From Octopus sinensis (taxonomy: Eukaryota), in the NCBI RefSeq assembly GCF_006345805.1, contig NW_021835703.1, forward strand, positions 1 to 38,908: a stretch of DNA of 38,908 nt, in the 5' to 3' direction. The notes beneath the pieces were generated by a model. The model saw only the letters and a program-made list of their open reading frames with translations. It ran no database searches and was not told where the DNA came from. A program made the translations under genes and the position numbers. Positions 37,952 to 38,908 of this stretch are shown here, piece by piece (position 1 is the stretch's first letter; each line of letters begins with the position of its first letter).

Positions 37952-38166
37952 CAAATTTATCTGTTAAAAAGTAGCATAAACACTGTACATAGAGCTTTAA
38001 AATGTTATTCAATCATTCTTCGAAACATTTTCATAGCATAAGATTCCTATGTCCTGAGTTGAAGTCACGGATCGATTCAAAAAATGTTAAATTACTCTCC
38101 ACATTCCAATAAACATTTCCTTTAGGAAAAGAGATTTTTTAACCCTTTTATGCATACATACATACG

Positions 38167-38230
<64 letters not shown>

Positions 38231-38725
38231 CTCACACATATATATATATACATATGTATACATGTACATATATATATACATATATATATATATGTACAGA
38301 TATTTTATATGAGAAGAAATGAGGTACTCAGAAATTTACTGATATTTATTTGTATAGTACATGTTTTTATATATCATATAACTTAGATCATCCATGAGCA
38401 AAATTTCATAAGACATTTCTTGTGTTGAAAACAAACTGACAACCACTGAGTCTGTTGTCTGATCTTCAATTGATTTAGTTTAATATCTCACTGATTGACA
38501 GTTAAATAAATATAAAGTTTTATCATACAGGAGCAACTGGTTGCACAAATTAAAGTAAAATGGTTTCATTCAAATATTACATCATCATTTGTTTAATGTT
38601 TTATTTTCAAAAACCAAAACATATGCGTAGAACTGTGGTGTGTGTATTTAATACAGCTTACTTAACAAATTTGGTCATTCATCTTGTATAGCTTATATAT
38701 TTATATAATATAATATATATATATA

Positions 38726-38771
<46 letters not shown>

Positions 38772-38908
38772 TATTAATATATATATATATATTATATATA
38801 TATATACATATATATATACATATCTATCTATCAATATATATGCTTTATAGATTAGAAACAGATATTGTAAATTGATTACACCCTGGGATAATAATAATAA
38901 TAATAGTA

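Overview
AT-rich, microsatellite-dense eukaryotic DNA, most likely octopus/cephalopod (inferred from the IL-17 array and repeat types). The core is a cluster of four near-identical interleukin-17-like genes in alternating orientation (-,+,-,+). Each has a 15-nt first coding exon (ATG AAT ACC ACC AAC, then GTAAGT) that the ORF track misses, a phase-0 intron, and a ~530-nt second exon. Three genes are complete (180-181 aa with signal peptide); the fourth runs off the window end. The genes lie in multi-kb inverted arms, and the head-to-head pair is itself duplicated about 27-29 kb away. The spacers hold decayed mobile elements: a full-length DD34D mariner, CR1/L2-, R4- and RTE-type LINE fragments, tRNA-derived SINEs and several Penelope-like elements. 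Several of the Penelope-type elements carry type I hammerhead ribozymes. One is a non-coding ~590-nt circularly permuted unit resembling a retrozyme. Most short ORFs in the track (IYIY, CVCV, YLSI) are microsatellite artefacts. Identities and folds were judged by eye, not computed.
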